A DNA stretch of 63,968 bases, the filler included, from Lenisia limosa (Eukaryota > Protista > Breviatea), in assembly GCA_001655205.1 (NCBI GenBank). It is 11 parts of 11 records of this genome, joined end to end, with 100 filler letters (N's around TTAATTAATTAA, not from the genome) between each part and the next. Parts side by side here need not be neighbours in the genome. Positions count along the whole stretch, not along the records: positions 1 to 2,885 come from LPNZ01005556.1; positions 2,986 to 6,986 come from LPNZ01003778.1; positions 7,087 to 10,336 come from LPNZ01007027.1; positions 10,437 to 23,238 come from LPNZ01002165.1; 7 more parts are not named here. One strand, given 5' to 3'. The notes under the pieces were generated by a model. It saw nothing but the letters and a program-made list of their open reading frames with translations. It had not been told where the DNA came from and ran no database searches. Of the stretch, positions 1-12,995 are shown in pieces (position 1 is the first letter of the stretch; every line of letters begins with the position of its first letter). The position numbers and the translations under genes are program-made.

Positions 1-489
1 GCATTTCAAAAAAACTGGGCCCCTTCATATGCACTGGGCCCCTTCATATTCCCTGACCTAAAGGAAAAATAGAATAAAATTGAAAATATTACGGTAAAAA
101 ATTTTTTAAAATTTTTTTTTTGTAAGATTGGATAATATACATATGTAATAAAGTTGCACTTACCTGAGATAGGCCAACACCGTTGGCCTTTCCAGCATAA
201 GCAAACATTANNNNNNNNNNNNNNNNNNNNNNNNNNNNNNNNNNNNNNNNNNNNNNNNNNNNNNNNNNNNNNNNNNNNNNNNNNNNNNNNNNNNNNNNNN
301 NNNNNNNNNNNNNNNNNNNNNNNNNNNNNNNNNNNNNNNNNNNNNNNNNNNNNNNNNNNNNNNNNNNNNNNNNNNNNNNNNNNNNNNNNNNNNNNNNNNN
401 NNNNNNNNNNNNNNNNNNNNNNNNNNNNNNNNNNNNNNNNNNNNNNNNNNNNNNNNNNNNNNNNNNNNNNNNNNNNNNNGATTACCACC

Positions 490-2530
490 ACCCCTTACTG
501 GAAGACTCCAGAGGAGTAGTTCCTAGCTGAAGAAATGGACATTGAGGGGGTCGCAGTGGTGTCCTACGGGGAGCGGGGTTAAAACGAAGGAAATTTCGAT
601 GAAGAATATTGGTGTAAAGGTACTCATCACGAACCGAATTATTTAAAACACGAGCAGGGGGAGGGGGGGGGGGGGNNNNNNNNNNNNNNNNNNNNNNNNN
701 NNNNNNNNNNNNNNNNNNNNNNNNNNNNNNNNNNNNNNNNNNNNNNNNNNNNNNNNNNNNNNNNNNNNNNNNNNNNNNNNNNNNGCTTCACTTCGGTTTG
801 AATATTGACGGAATTTCTCGATAAATCCTCGAAAACTACCGCTATTTTCCCGAACCGAAGTGAGGAAGTCAGTATTCCTCACAAATAGAAGATTAAAGCC
901 AAAATTAACTTTCCAACAAATTTAAACATATGTAAAACCACACACACACAATGCTCTTACCCCCCTCCCCAGAGCTTTGATTTAACTACATAAATACCCC
1001 ACATATAGCTCGACTTCTTCCGCTGCAGTAGCCCAGGCTAAATTGCCGAACTGGTCCAAAACGGTCATATACACGTAGGTCTCGACCCCGGGTACAACAT
1101 AGTCCAGGCCGGGTCCGGTGAGGGTCGATCTAATTTCGTAAATTAGTTTCAGGATTCAGGTGACCTCAAAAGGCGAATTGATCTGGATTTTGGTGTTTGA
1201 GGTAAAAGGGAAAGTGGATGATTCTACTTCTATAGCTCACCCGGCATATTTTTGATTATTTTATAATAACACAATATTCCGCCATATTCCGCCACACGCA
1301 GAACTTGCCTTATCGGGATTATAATAGTATGCTGGGGAGGCATGCAGAAAGCTGTGTGCACAGAGTTGTAATGATTGGGTGAGTTGGTATTATACTAGAA
1401 CTAAATATCGCTTCAAAGCCTGAAGGTGTGGGCGGCTTCGGCCAGATTCCTTTTTTTTATATTTCTCATTGATATATCTATATAAAAACAAAATTACCCC
1501 CCCCTCCCATACGTAGAACTTGCCTTATCGGGAATGACAGAAACGTTGCAGTTTGACACGTGTTCAAAGGGGGTCGGAACATTCATAATTGTTCCGTCTG
1601 TGGGTGGGTGCGATAAGTGAAATCTGTTGACCCATTATTAACTAGTGGTATGATCATATGGCTGACTATCAAGTCGAAATGATGAACAAAGATAACATGA
1701 GTTTATCCCGAGTGTATCAGAGTATCATTGAGACTTGCCGGTCAATTATCATAGGAGTGGATATGAGGTATCATATCACTGTGTGGAAAAGGAAAGTTCA
1801 CACGTGTGAAAATGATCCAAAAAGTGATATGAAAATACATATCTAGGGAAACATAAAGACAACAGTGTGACCCTCCCCCACACATACATTATCACTTTAA
1901 ACATAGGGAGTTAAGTTGGATACAGTATGAAACAAAAAAAAAAGCCCAAAATCAACTCCATTGGCTGATATAACACACGAGGGACGAAGAGCAAAACAAA
2001 CAAAGCTTATTCCGGTCACTTCAGCAGGGGTCAAACAATCACACCCTCTCCCCATCTTACTCTTCACAGTTATCAATTGGTCAACTGGGAGGGTTTCATT
2101 AGAGAACCGTGGCTCAAAATGGGAGAAGTTTCCAGAGGAAGAAATAGGGACTAGATCCACTCCTGGCATCGCATAGAGAGACATCGTGTTCTATGGTGAT
2201 GATAATAATAATAATAATGATGATGTTGTTGTTGATGATGTTAATGATAATGATAATGTGTTCTTGTTGTTGATAATGATGATAGTGATGGTAATAGTGA
2301 TGATGATGATGTTTTTTGTTGTTGTTGTTGTTGTTGATGATGATGGTGGTGATGATGATAGCGATGATATAATGATGATGTTGGTATGATGATGTTATTA
2401 TAGAAAAGTGTATATGGGAATCCCAAGTTGATGCGCCATAGTATTTGTATAATGCCTACCACACAAGCCAAATTGACATCAAGGGTAATTTCGTAATAAT
2501 CCGAGCTTCGTTCCAATTGAAATACTCGTT
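490..2530 (-). CDS. Multi-exon filamin-type Ig-repeat protein (partial)
   Basis: Exon ~1000-1130 translates to RSTLTGPGLDYVVPGVETYVYMTVLDQFGNLAW, resembling the filamin/ABP-120 Ig repeat (S.L.GPGL...G...D.FGN). Further GT-AG bounded exons lie at ~490-563, 2080-2180 and 2460-2531. Confidence 0.45.
1328..1472 (+). repeat. Family B structured intronic repeat
   Basis: gctggggaggcatgcagaaagctgtgtgcacagagttg...ggcggcttcggccaga...tttctcattg; homologous copies throughout the window. Confidence 0.75.
2186..2400. repeat. (GAT)n/(GTT)n/(AAT)n trinucleotide microsatellite
   Basis: Degenerate gatgat/gttgtt/aataat arrays, intronic in the minus-strand gene. Confidence 0.85.
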
Positions 2531-2531
2531 T

Positions 2532-2665
2532 CTGGGGGGGGGGGGGTAATTGGAAAATTAATAAAGTAAAAACAACCCAAAATCAACTCTTTAGGCTAAC
2601 AACACACAATGGTTGATAACAACAAAACAAATAAAGCCCAGGCCAGTCGATTCTGCAGCACCGCG
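2532..2665 (-). mobile_element. Family C intronic repeat (introner-like) forming a 3' splice site
   Basis: The minus strand reads ...gttgattttgggttg...ttttccaattaccccccccccccccag, followed by the open exon KRVFQLERSSDYYEITLDVNLACV. Confidence 0.65.
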
Positions 2666-2929
2666 GGGGTAAACTTGAAACTATGAAACAAACAAACACG
2701 AAAAAGCGGTAATAACGGGGGTCTAAAGCATGAGGAAGATGTGAGTAAAATTTTGGGAAAGATGGAGTAAGAGTAAGATGATCTAAAGCGTGAGGAAGTT
2801 AGGAGTACAATGAAAAAATTATGAAAAAAAAAAGCGAAATTAACACTGTAAATAAATTAAGTTGAAAAAAACCAAAATAAATACANNNNNNNNNNNNNNN
2901 NNNNNNNNNNNNNNNNNNNNNNNNNNNNN

Positions 2930-2941
2930 TTAATTAATTAA
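2930..2941. other. Artificial scaffold linker TTAATTAATTAA flanked by Ns
   Basis: Identical linkers at 2930, 7031, 10381, 23283, 26571, 33916, 51794, 56462, 58955 and 62329. The linker places stops in all six frames. Confidence 0.95.
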
Positions 2942-3269
2942 NNNNNNNNNNNNNNNNNNNNNNNNNNNNNNNNNNNNNNNNNNNNAAAACAAACAAAGCC
3001 CAGGCCGGTCGCTTCTGCAGCACCGCATCCCATCACTCCAGCGTAGTAAAAGGGGGAAATTAAACGTAAAGGATTAGCTGGTGATGGAGGGGATTGTTGG
3101 ATGCATACTGTATATGCTACGTACAAAACAAACCTTTCAACAACAGACCAAAGTTATATATCCCTACGGTCCGAAAAAGACCAGTGTTATCTCGATTCGC
3201 GGATTTATCGAGAAATTCAGCATATTTTGGGACAGTAATAACACCAACCTTTCAACGACGGCGGTGACC

Positions 3270-6200
3270 TCATTGAGCATTTGCTGCATTCGTTGCAACT
3301 CTTCAGCGTGGTGGTCCTTCGCCTGGGTTGTTAGGGGGTGGGGAGATCTGAAGTTTTATTGTATCTGCAAAGCAAAGCCATCAGTGATGCCTTTTACGAA
3401 GCGCTTCACTTCGGTCCGACAAAGACCAAAAAATACAGATAGTTTTTGGGGATTTATCGATAAATTCAGTCTTTTTTGAACCGAAGTGAAACATTACCTG
3501 TGTGTCCACAGATTTGATGATTAACAAAGGTTGCAAATTACCTCATTGAGCATTTGTTGCATTCGTTGGACCTCTTCGGCGTGTTGTTCCCGAGTCTGAA
3601 TGGTCAGGGGGGGGGGGGNNNNNNNNNNNNNNNNNNNNNNNNNNNNNNNNNNNNNNNNNNNNNNNNNNNNNNNNNNNNNNNNNNNNNNNNNNNNNNNNNN
3701 NNNNNNNNNNNNNNNNNNNNNNNNNNNNNNNNNNNNNNNNNNNNNNNNNNNNNNNNNNNNNNNNNNNNNNNNNNNNNNNNNNNNNNNNNNNNNNNNNNNN
3801 NNNNNNNNNNNNNNNNNNTCGATAGTTTCAGAGGATTTATTGAGTAGTCCAGTCATTTTTCGAACAAAAATAAAGCCTTAGTGGTATTGCATCCCATAGT
3901 CTATTATTGTACCCCTTGTGTAGTATACGATGCCCATCCACCTCGTCTTTCCACCTGTCGATTTCGAGGTCCCTTCTCGAGAGTCGCTCGTCTATACAGT
4001 AAAAAACAATTATACTATACCATACAGTGACTGGGATAAGTCTTGACCTGCAATCACATAGCAAATCGGTCAAGACTTATCTGGGTCAGGATCGATATAG
4101 TTATGTACCTTTACGACAATATTCTTCATTGAAATGTCCTTTGAACACAACCCCCCCCCCCCACTGAATTCATTGACGTCAAAAGTCATCCTGTTGATTT
4201 CGGAGTTCTAATTTGGTGAAAGAAGGTAGGAAAAAAAGCTGTTTGGCGAAGTCGTCCACGCCATCATGCTTTTGAAAGANNNNNNNNNNNNNNNNNNNNN
4301 NNNNNNNNNNNNNNNNNNNNNNNNNNNNNNNNNNNNNNNNNNNNNNNNNNNNNNNNNNNNNNNNNNNNNNNNNNNNNNNNNNNNNNNNNNNNNNNNNNNN
4401 NNNNNNNNNNNNNNNNNNNNNNNNNNNNNNNNNNNNNNNNNNNNNATATGACTTCTGCATTTCAGAAAGCTGCACGTCCTTCACCTTCACAGTATCTGAA
4501 AGATTATGTTATTATTCACAGTGTCTGAAAGAATAATTTATTCACTATCATATGTTTGAAAGATGGTGTTATTCATTATGTTTGAAAGCACGATTTTTTT
4601 TCCTCATGAAATATCGTGCTTGATCAAAATATATCACGATATAAAGAAAAAAAAAAAAATCTTTTCTGATCAAAAAAACAAGAACCAAAAATTGAATATG
4701 GACAAACCTTGACATTCTTTGAGCTGCTGAGACAATTCCGCTATCTTAGCCTGAAGGGTGAAAAAAGGGCATTTGCTTTGAAAAAGATTAAGCATGTTGA
4801 TTAAGGAAATGATTGTGTAGCAGGGTGCTTCATATCTTGTTGGTTTAGAAGCAATATTAGGCTTAATAAAGGACGAGTGCCCCTTTAATTGATAAATCAC
4901 CTCCGTCTCTCCGGATCGTGTGATGGTTTTCCCATATTGAAATAAGTGTGCTGTCACCAGCGATTCACTCTGGTACGAAAATTACCGGTAAAGTATCAAT
5001 GTTTATCAAGAAATTCCATCATTTTTCGTACCGAAGTGAACCCTCTCTCACCTTGGCCTGCTCATTTGCCGTCTGCAGCTGCTGAACAGCCGACGTCGCC
5101 CTTTCAGCCAGAGAAGCGTAGGCCTCTTTGAGATGGTTGATCTTTTTGACACTCGTGCTTTCGGCCTTGGCTTGGTCCTTTTTAATGTCGCCCTGAAGGG
5201 CCTTGGCGTGTTGGCGGAGCTCGGTGGCGTCGTCACGTGCAACTTGCGCAATGTGATTCGCGTGTTTGAGGTCTCTTTTAATGCGGTGCGCGTTATCCCG
5301 CGCAATACTGGCGTTTTGATGCGCAGCCTCCAGCTCATGTCGGGTGGCGACCAATTCTAGCCGAAGCTTTTCCGCTTCCGCCTGCGCATTTTTGTCGTTC
5401 CGAACAGCGGCGTCGAAATCGGCTCTGAGGGCAGCAAGGTCAGCTCTATACTGCCGTTCACGTTGAGCAGCGTTTTCAAGATTGCTGTGGTGGGCAGCTT
5501 CGAGGTCCTGGAGGGTTGTGACGAGCTCGGCTTGGATTTTATCAGACTCGGTTTTAGCGGACCGGTCGACTCTAAGAGCGTGTTCCAGTTCGGCTCTGAC
5601 AGCCACCAGCTCAGCTTCTGCGTTCTTCTCGTTCCTAACGGATTTGTCCAACAAGGACTGTAGGCTGGCCAAGTCGGCTTTGGCGTTCTTTTCGGCTCGC
5701 AGCGCCGAATCAAGGTCAGCGCGAATGCCAGAAAGCTCGATTTGAGCACTTTTTTCTCTTCGATTCGCGTTACTAAGGTCAACACGATGGCTGTCTTCTA
5801 ACTCCTGACGGGCACCGAGCAGTTCCGACCGCGCAGTTTCCGCCTCCACACGAGCCGCCTTTTCTCGTCGGGCCACCGACTGAAGGGCCTCGACCTGCGC
5901 CTGAAGACTTTTTTCCCTCCGTGCCGCGCAGTCAAGGTCGTGATCGCGACTTGATTCGAGATCTCGGCGCGAGTTTGCCAGTTCCGCTTGTAAGCTGTCT
6001 GCTTCGGCTTGCGCGTTCTTTTCGCTCTGGCGCGCATTATCGAGGTCGGACTGGGTGGTTGAGAGTTTGGATCTTAGATCGTTGATCGCTGCGTCCGCTT
6101 TCTGGATGGTGGCGGACAGTTCGGTTCTTAAGTCGGAAGCTTCGGCTCGAGCTGCTTCCGCTTCCGAGACCACTTTCTGTGTCGCCACACGGGCTTCTTC

Positions 6201-6800
6201 AGCATTGTGGGAGAGAGTAACCAGTTCAGTTCGCAGGTCGGAAGCTTCAGTTCGCAACGCTTCCGACGCGGCTTCCGCCTTCTGCGCCGCCGTATGTGCC
6301 GCCATCATTTCGTCATGAGCCTCTTCGGCCTCTTTCTCGAAATCCTCGCTGTTTTTCTGGACTTCCTCAAGGAGAACAAGCAGAGCTTTGATATCAGCAG
6401 CGGAGGGGCCCGGGGGGACCTGGTTTTGGGAGGGTGGTCGGGGGGACACAGCGGCGTGATTAGGTGCGGTTTTGGGATTTGGAGTATTTGTGGGGGGTTC
6501 GGCTGAGTTTTTAATTTTATCTGGGGATGGGTAGGATGGATGGGTTGAAGGGGAGGTTGGAGGGTTGATCTCTACGAGAGCCTGCAAAGTGAGTGGAAAG
6601 AAGGGCAATTAGAAAAAAAAGAAAAAAAAAGGAAAAAAAAGACACCCAATTTCCTATCCTAACATTTTGAGGGATCATCATCGGGGACCTTGGAGGCTTA
6701 GAGGGTGACGTTGTCTGGAGGTGTTAGTTATTGGGTATTAACTAGCTATGACGCTCACCTTCGGGAGGTTGGAAGCGAGGTCATCAAAGGTATGGTTCTG
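3270..6800 (-). CDS. Long coiled-coil protein, multi-exon
   Basis: A ~1.55 kb heptad-rich exon (5030-6582; A/E/K/L rich) ends at a GTGAG donor. Small downstream exons read AKIAELSQQLKECQ, IDERLSRRDLEIDRWKDEV, TREQHAEEVQRMQQMLNE and AKDHHAEELQRMQQMLNEV. Confidence 0.65.
4025..4090. mobile_element. Tc1/mariner-like MITE (degenerate copy)
   Basis: TA|CAGTGACTGGGATAAGTCTTGACC...GGTCAAGACTTATCTGGGTCA; homologous to the copies at 29255, 53195 and 54066. Confidence 0.65.
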
Positions 6801-7348
6801 AAGAGTGAAATGAAAAATTTTGAGAGAACGAACAAAACGTACAATGACAGAGGTAAGTCTTGAAATGATTAACTAAAGATAAAGCTCAATATCCGTTTCA
6901 GGACTTGAATCCCCCCTTCCCCCAAGATGAAAAACCAGTCAATCAGATCAGATACCCCCCCCAACCGGCGCCCCATGATGGACTTGNNNNNNNNNNNNNN
7001 NNNNNNNNNNNNNNNNNNNNNNNNNNNNNNTTAATTAATTAANNNNNNNNNNNNNNNNNNNNNNNNNNNNNNNNNNNNNNNNNNNNTGATTTCCTCGCTT
7101 CAAAGGAGGTGGAGGTGGGAGAAAATGTGTAGCCCCAGCCTGGGTTTTATCCAATACAATTGATTGATGGGTAGGCGGCTTCGTCCAGATACTATAATCC
7201 AATATCTTTGATAAGTCGGCCAGATACTATAATCCAAGATCTTTGGTGTGGACGGCTTTGGTCAGTTACTCTCGATTCTTATTTTGGGTCGCTTACACTG
7301 ACTTCCATTCGTCCAGACACTATTGATAAATGATAAAGCTCAATATCT

Positions 7349-10150
7349 ATGTCAGGACTTATCGCGCTCAGTATAAAAAATCACCACCCCAGCAAAGCCA
7401 AGCGATACGATATTCTCGCCAAGATTATAGACAAAGTGCGTGAGAACAACGACGCTCAGCAAGCGGTCGAGTTTCTCTTAGCTGCCGCTTCGAAGGTTCC
7501 CGAGAGGCATCAGATCCGTTTGGAGTGCCAACAGGCTCTCGAGGCCATTTTTAAGAAGATGGAAGTAACTTTGGCATTCCAGCTAGCGTCGCAATTTCCC
7601 ATGTCCGAAATCCTACAGGACAGCCTTACGCCGTCTTTGGACTTTACTAGCGCCTCTCCTAGGGCTGAATTCGTCAAGAGTTTCTTAGAAAACAAATCTG
7701 CAAACCAGAAGTGGAGGGAGTACCTCACGTTTATGATTGTGAACTTCATCAACGGAACCAGTACTTCGTTAGAAGACGTTCTTAACAATCCCATAGTCGA
7801 TACGGTCATGTGCACTCCTATTAAGGCTCTATTGAAGCGGTTGGTGTCCTCATCATGGCTTTTTGGGCTATTAGGTGAATAACCGTACCTTTATTTTGTC
7901 TGACAATTTTCTCTGTTTAAGTTTTTAATTTTCTTTCATTTTAGCTTTCTTTGTCTTATCTCGCGTGTCCTTATTTTTTTTTTTTCAGTTTAGCTGTATT
8001 TATGTTTGAAACAATTTTGATATTTATTATTTATTTTTTTACCACTAAGATCAATCGCACCCGAGCGGAAGGTGGAACTCCAAAAAACAGCAACCCCCGT
8101 CCTCTCCTTTGTCACCAGCATTCACGAGAACAAAAATGCAATGCGACGCCTCAATGAAATACTTTACTGTGTTGGAATGAAAAAGATAGATTGGGAGGCT
8201 GTTCTCGGCCATTTTGACAGATACTCATCTCTGATTGCCGAATGGCGCGAGGCCGCTTTGGCGTTAAACGCATATATCACAACTATTTTACCCAATGCCA
8301 AGTTTATTCTTGAGGAGTTTGTTGAGTGTACCAATCCGCTTAGGGAACAGTCAATTGAAAAAGTGTGTGTCACTATTCAAACCGGAATCGAGCGCCTTAA
8401 TCACGGCAACGTTCTTCACTTTATCAATCTAAAAGATTCCACACTCTGGCCTAGTGAAGACATGAACCAAAGCGTTCGCCAGGTTCTTCTTCCGCATGAA
8501 AGCCACATTAATCTCGATGACGATATGGAGGAGGAAGAAGACAATAGCGGTGGCTCCATGTTTGACGGCGATGGTAATTCCGCCAAGATCAAGAAGATCT
8601 TAGAGAAGTCCATTACTACCTTCGAAGCAAATTGGCGGTTGTTGAATAAGGGCGAAATGGAGTATAATGTGGCTATCAAAGCGCTTTTGCACGAGGCTGA
8701 ACTTGATATTCTTGAGAAGTACAACCGTGGCCAGCGAAAGGCTTTTGAGAATAACTTCAATAAACTCAAGCACACCGCGATCGGCTACAACATGATGAGG
8801 ATCGCTCAAATGTGTTGTGATCGCTTGAGCTTCGAGAAGGCACAGCCGATCAATTTCGACCCCGATTCGAACATCTGCTTGTTGAAGTCTTCTGTGTCGG
8901 ATGCCTGTATTACTCTCGGTCAGTTCCCAATGCTGCACCCTCTTTTGGAGGAAATCGAGAGGTCCGTCACAATCGTCCCATTTTTACAGGTGAGGCTCTG
9001 GGAATTTAAAGTTAAAAACTAGTATAATAATGTCATATGTGATTGTATTCACATTTTGGGGGGGGGGGTATCATCAGTGAATGCTGGAGAGGCACACAGA
9101 AAGTTGTGTGTACACAAAGTTGTAAGGCAAATGAATTAATACTATGCAAAAATTCAATATCTCTTATCAGTATGATAGTGTGGACGGCTTCGGCCAGATA
9201 TTACAACCTTGTTTTTATTTTTCTCATTGCTATATCATATACATGTACATATGACTGATGCTGAAGGAAAACTATGAAAATCTTGTGAAGATTGACACAG
9301 TTGCTTCCACCTCGCATTACGACAGGCATATCCAAGGTTTGTGGCTGCTGAATGTATCACGCCCTACTTTTTCATCGAAATTTCCTTCATTTAGGTTTTT
9401 TTTGTTTCATCAATTTTCCAATTTTATAATCTGATTAGTACCTTTACGCCAATATTCTTCATCGAAATCTCCTTCGTTTTACCCCCCCNNNNNNNNNNNN
9501 NNNNNNNNNNNNNNNNNNNNNNNNNNNNNNNNNNNNNNNNNNNNNNNNNNNNNNNNNNNNNNNNNNNNNNNNNNNNNNNNNNNNNNNNNNNNNNNNNNNN
9601 NNNNNNNNNNNNNNNNNNNNNGACCAATTTGGCAGCTCAAAAAATGCTCTTCGTTCGACCAGTTTGTCACAGCTCTCCAACAGGTTTGAAAATAGGAACA
9701 GAACGCACCGTTCGATTTATACTCTTGAATATGCCCCTCTTCTCTCCAATAAATATGTTTGTAAATCTGAACTGGACGGATTGTTTCATAAAATTTCCNN
9801 NNNNNNNNNNNNNNNNNNNNNNNNNNNNNNNNNNNNNNNNNNNNNNNNNNNNNNNNNNNNNNNNNNNNNNNNNNNNNNNNNNNNNNNNNNNNNNNNNNNN
9901 NNNNNNNNNNNNATTTCATGAAATTTCCAATTTTATTCCCCTTAATATTGCCGTCATAATGCCCATTTTATTGTTTACTCAGGTTGCCCAAGACCGCGCA
10001 TTGAACGTCATGGAAGTTTGCCGAGCAATGAAGGAGGGAAATGGCTGCACTGATGTTGTGGCTCAACAGATGGACGAATTAGGAGTCAGAGGTACGCGGA
10101 TACAGTTTTTTTTTGGACAAGAGAAGTACATTGCATTTGAAATGTAGGCC
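7349..10150 (+). CDS. Large hypothetical protein(s), multi-exon
   Basis: ORFs of 177 aa and 316 aa, with a donor at ttacag|gtgagg (~8990). Further exons read MLKENYENLVKIDTVAS, AAQKMLFVRPVCHSSPTGLKIG and VAQDRALNVMEVCRAMKEG. No family recognised. Confidence 0.5.
9081..9230 (+). repeat. Family B structured intronic repeat
   Basis: gcacacagaaagttgtgtgt hairpin and ggcttcggcc hairpin, inside a predicted intron (~8990-9255). Confidence 0.75.
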
Positions 10151-12857
10151 AGTCCGTGAGAGAAAGCGACTGAATAGAGTTTGGCACTATACAATTCTCT
10201 TTGATACTTACTTTTGTGGACTTCTTTGGCCTTCAAGGATATTTTCTAATGTATCAGGCCGTGAAAACAAGCGGGTAAACGACACGAGAAACGGCAAAGA
10301 GATGCTTGACTCAACGTGGGTGTTGGGTGTGTTGTCNNNNNNNNNNNNNNNNNNNNNNNNNNNNNNNNNNNNNNNNNNNNTTAATTAATTAANNNNNNNN
10401 NNNNNNNNNNNNNNNNNNNNNNNNNNNNNNNNNNNNCCCAACCTTTTTACCCAGTTTAGAGAGAAAATGAATGGCAACTTCGATTTACAGACAGTCCAAT
10501 TTGCTTCTACTTCACAATTTTCAATAACTGGACCAATCCGATACCGAGCTGACACAGCGTTGCTAACAACTCCATGCAATTATCGAGCAAAGTCAACCGA
10601 TGTGGTCGAAAATCTTTTTTCTTATTTACGTGCTGTTTGTGGCACCCCTACCCTTCATGTTTTTTTAAAACACCTTCGCAACATCTTTAGAACATTTTAT
10701 ATTCGTATTCTCCCTGATAAAAAGTTGCATTGTGTTACCCAGGCTTAATATTTATAATCACAACGACCTTGACTCTTCACTTCTTGTACAAAAATATGAC
10801 CCCATAACAAAAGAAGCTTACACATCAGCAAAAGCAAAAACAGCTCAACAATCAGCCCCACTCCAAGCTTTTACAGCCCCAAAACCCACTTGGTAGCATG
10901 TCCTAGGATTTTTTCATTATATGTGTAGTATTTTTGATTATTTATTCTAGTTTAATTTAATTTGTACATTGTGTTCATATTTAATTTGTATTGTATTTTA
11001 TAGAATTTATTGGTATTTTATTCATTGTATCTGTACATTATATTTAACTGTACTATTATTTAAATTGTATATTATATTTAATTCCACTCTATTCAAATTG
11101 TGTATTGTATTTAATTGTACTTTATATTTATTATACATTGTTTGTGTATTTACGTTGTACTTTATCCATAGACTCTACCTTTCATCCTTTCAGCCTCTAA
11201 GTTGTTTGTTGTTTCATTAATACATGCCCTCTGTTTTATCCACATCCCCCAAAGGCGGCTCTCAAATTCCTTTGAATCAGACACTCACACAATAGAANNN
11301 NNNNNNNNNNNNNNNNNNNNNNNACGTTCAATGTTTTGTCTGTGTTTTAAGTGGATTAAAATAGCAAATACGGGTACCAAATTGTAAAAACCCATATTCC
11401 ATTGATGAAGATCGAAACAAACTTGGGTGAGGCGTGCGACAAAAGTGGGATTTCAACCTACATATTATCAACAAGACACCATAATCTGGAAAGAAAAATA
11501 AAGCCAAAAAACCCTATACAAACCTAAATTTTAGTTTCTAAAGGAAGAAGGCGCTTGAACACCGCAACAGACAGGAGCTTGGCATGATTATTTGTAAGAT
11601 CTTAAAGTGGTTTCTCATACTCATCTGTGTAACTGTTAAAGGATAAAATCTTCTGAAAAAAACAATATTTATCTGTATAAATACAATATTTCAGACATAG
11701 AAGAGATAGAAGAAGAGCTCAATGACGAGAAACCAGAAGAGAATCAAACTCTAAGAAGCCTTCTCACCTGTATACCTTCTAACATTGATAAATAAAACCA
11801 ATTTGGCTTGAATTGAAGCTTCCAACTGAACTTATTTTGTAGCATCGAAAATATCTTACGTGACTCTTCTGAGCAAATAGGTATTCCCTACTGTACCGAA
11901 GTACTTACTTACACATTCTCTTAGAATACAAATGTGAAAAGTGTTCGCAACGTGGGAAGCCGATAATATGCAGGTCCACAAAAATAAGGAAATTTGGAAT
12001 TGTAGTCAACAACCACCGAAATACCGCACTAGTAATCGTGTAAATTCTCTAATTATATAGAACATTCCACCATTATTTCAAATTGGTTCAACAACCTTCA
12101 CGGTCCGCGGGTTTAACCTTCATGGTCCCGTTCAGTAGCGCAAATTTAGGATGAATCGGGTGTGGATTCGGCACATTTGAGGGTCAACTGTCAGTTTTAC
12201 AATTACACATTTTTCTCCACTACTCCACACACTGCTTTAGCTTATTCGCTGCAAGGGGGCTCCAAAACCTTTCTCCTCTCCTTCACTCTCTTCTTATTAT
12301 CAGAACACTCACCCTCCCTTTTCTTGCCCTCCCTCCCCACATGATCCCTCCCTGATCTTCCCACATGAGTTTCGTGAGGCCAAAATCGAGCAGGTTAAAG
12401 CGACCTCGGAGACCGAATGGAAGAGTAAGGGATGATTTTTGGTAGAGATAACATCACATTGTAGCTTTTCAGGCCTGATGAAACCCCTTATCAACCTGAG
12501 TTTGATCATGATGGCGTTGATGGCCCACCACGGGTCTTGATGGCACCAATCCTATAGCATGTGCAGCTGCTCAGGTTGGTTTGTATTGTCATTGTTATTC
12601 TTCACTCTCAGAATTGGCATGCTGATTGGAGGGATGGGAGCATTCTGCAAGCCATGATACAGTACAAATATCTTTTTTCTTTGGCTTACCAATGAAGACA
12701 TCCTGTATCTTCGGTGTTGGAGTGCACCGTGAATGCATGTTAAATATGCTGAAACAATAAAGGGAATTGAAAACTCTGACTAAGAGAGCAGAATAAGCCA
12801 ATATCAAACTGAATCATAATGTTAACATTCAAAAGATCACGTATGAGTCAAAGGAAT

Positions 12858-12995
12858 CCCACCTGTATTGTCTTTCATATAGTATTAGTACTAGTATTAC
12901 ATAGAAACTTCAATACTGTGAGCCAATACTGTGAGCCACCTGTATTGTCTTTCATATAGTATTAGTACTAGTATTACATAGAAACTTTAATACTA
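12858..12995. repeat. Tandem duplication, ~77 bp x2
   Basis: ccacctgtattgtctttcatatagtattagtactagtattacatagaaact occurs twice in tandem. Confidence 0.85.

Noticed and set aside
1328-1400. Family B as an HDV-like or hammerhead ribozyme (ctgggga...ggcaaat resembles HDV CUGGGCA...GGCGAAU)
   Set aside because: The upstream P1/P2/P3 strands are not conserved between copies and there is no CUGAUGA/GAAA core; kept only as an unclassified structured repeat.
2186-2516. Poly-D/V/M and poly-H/Q ORFs
   Set aside because: Translations of a trinucleotide microsatellite.
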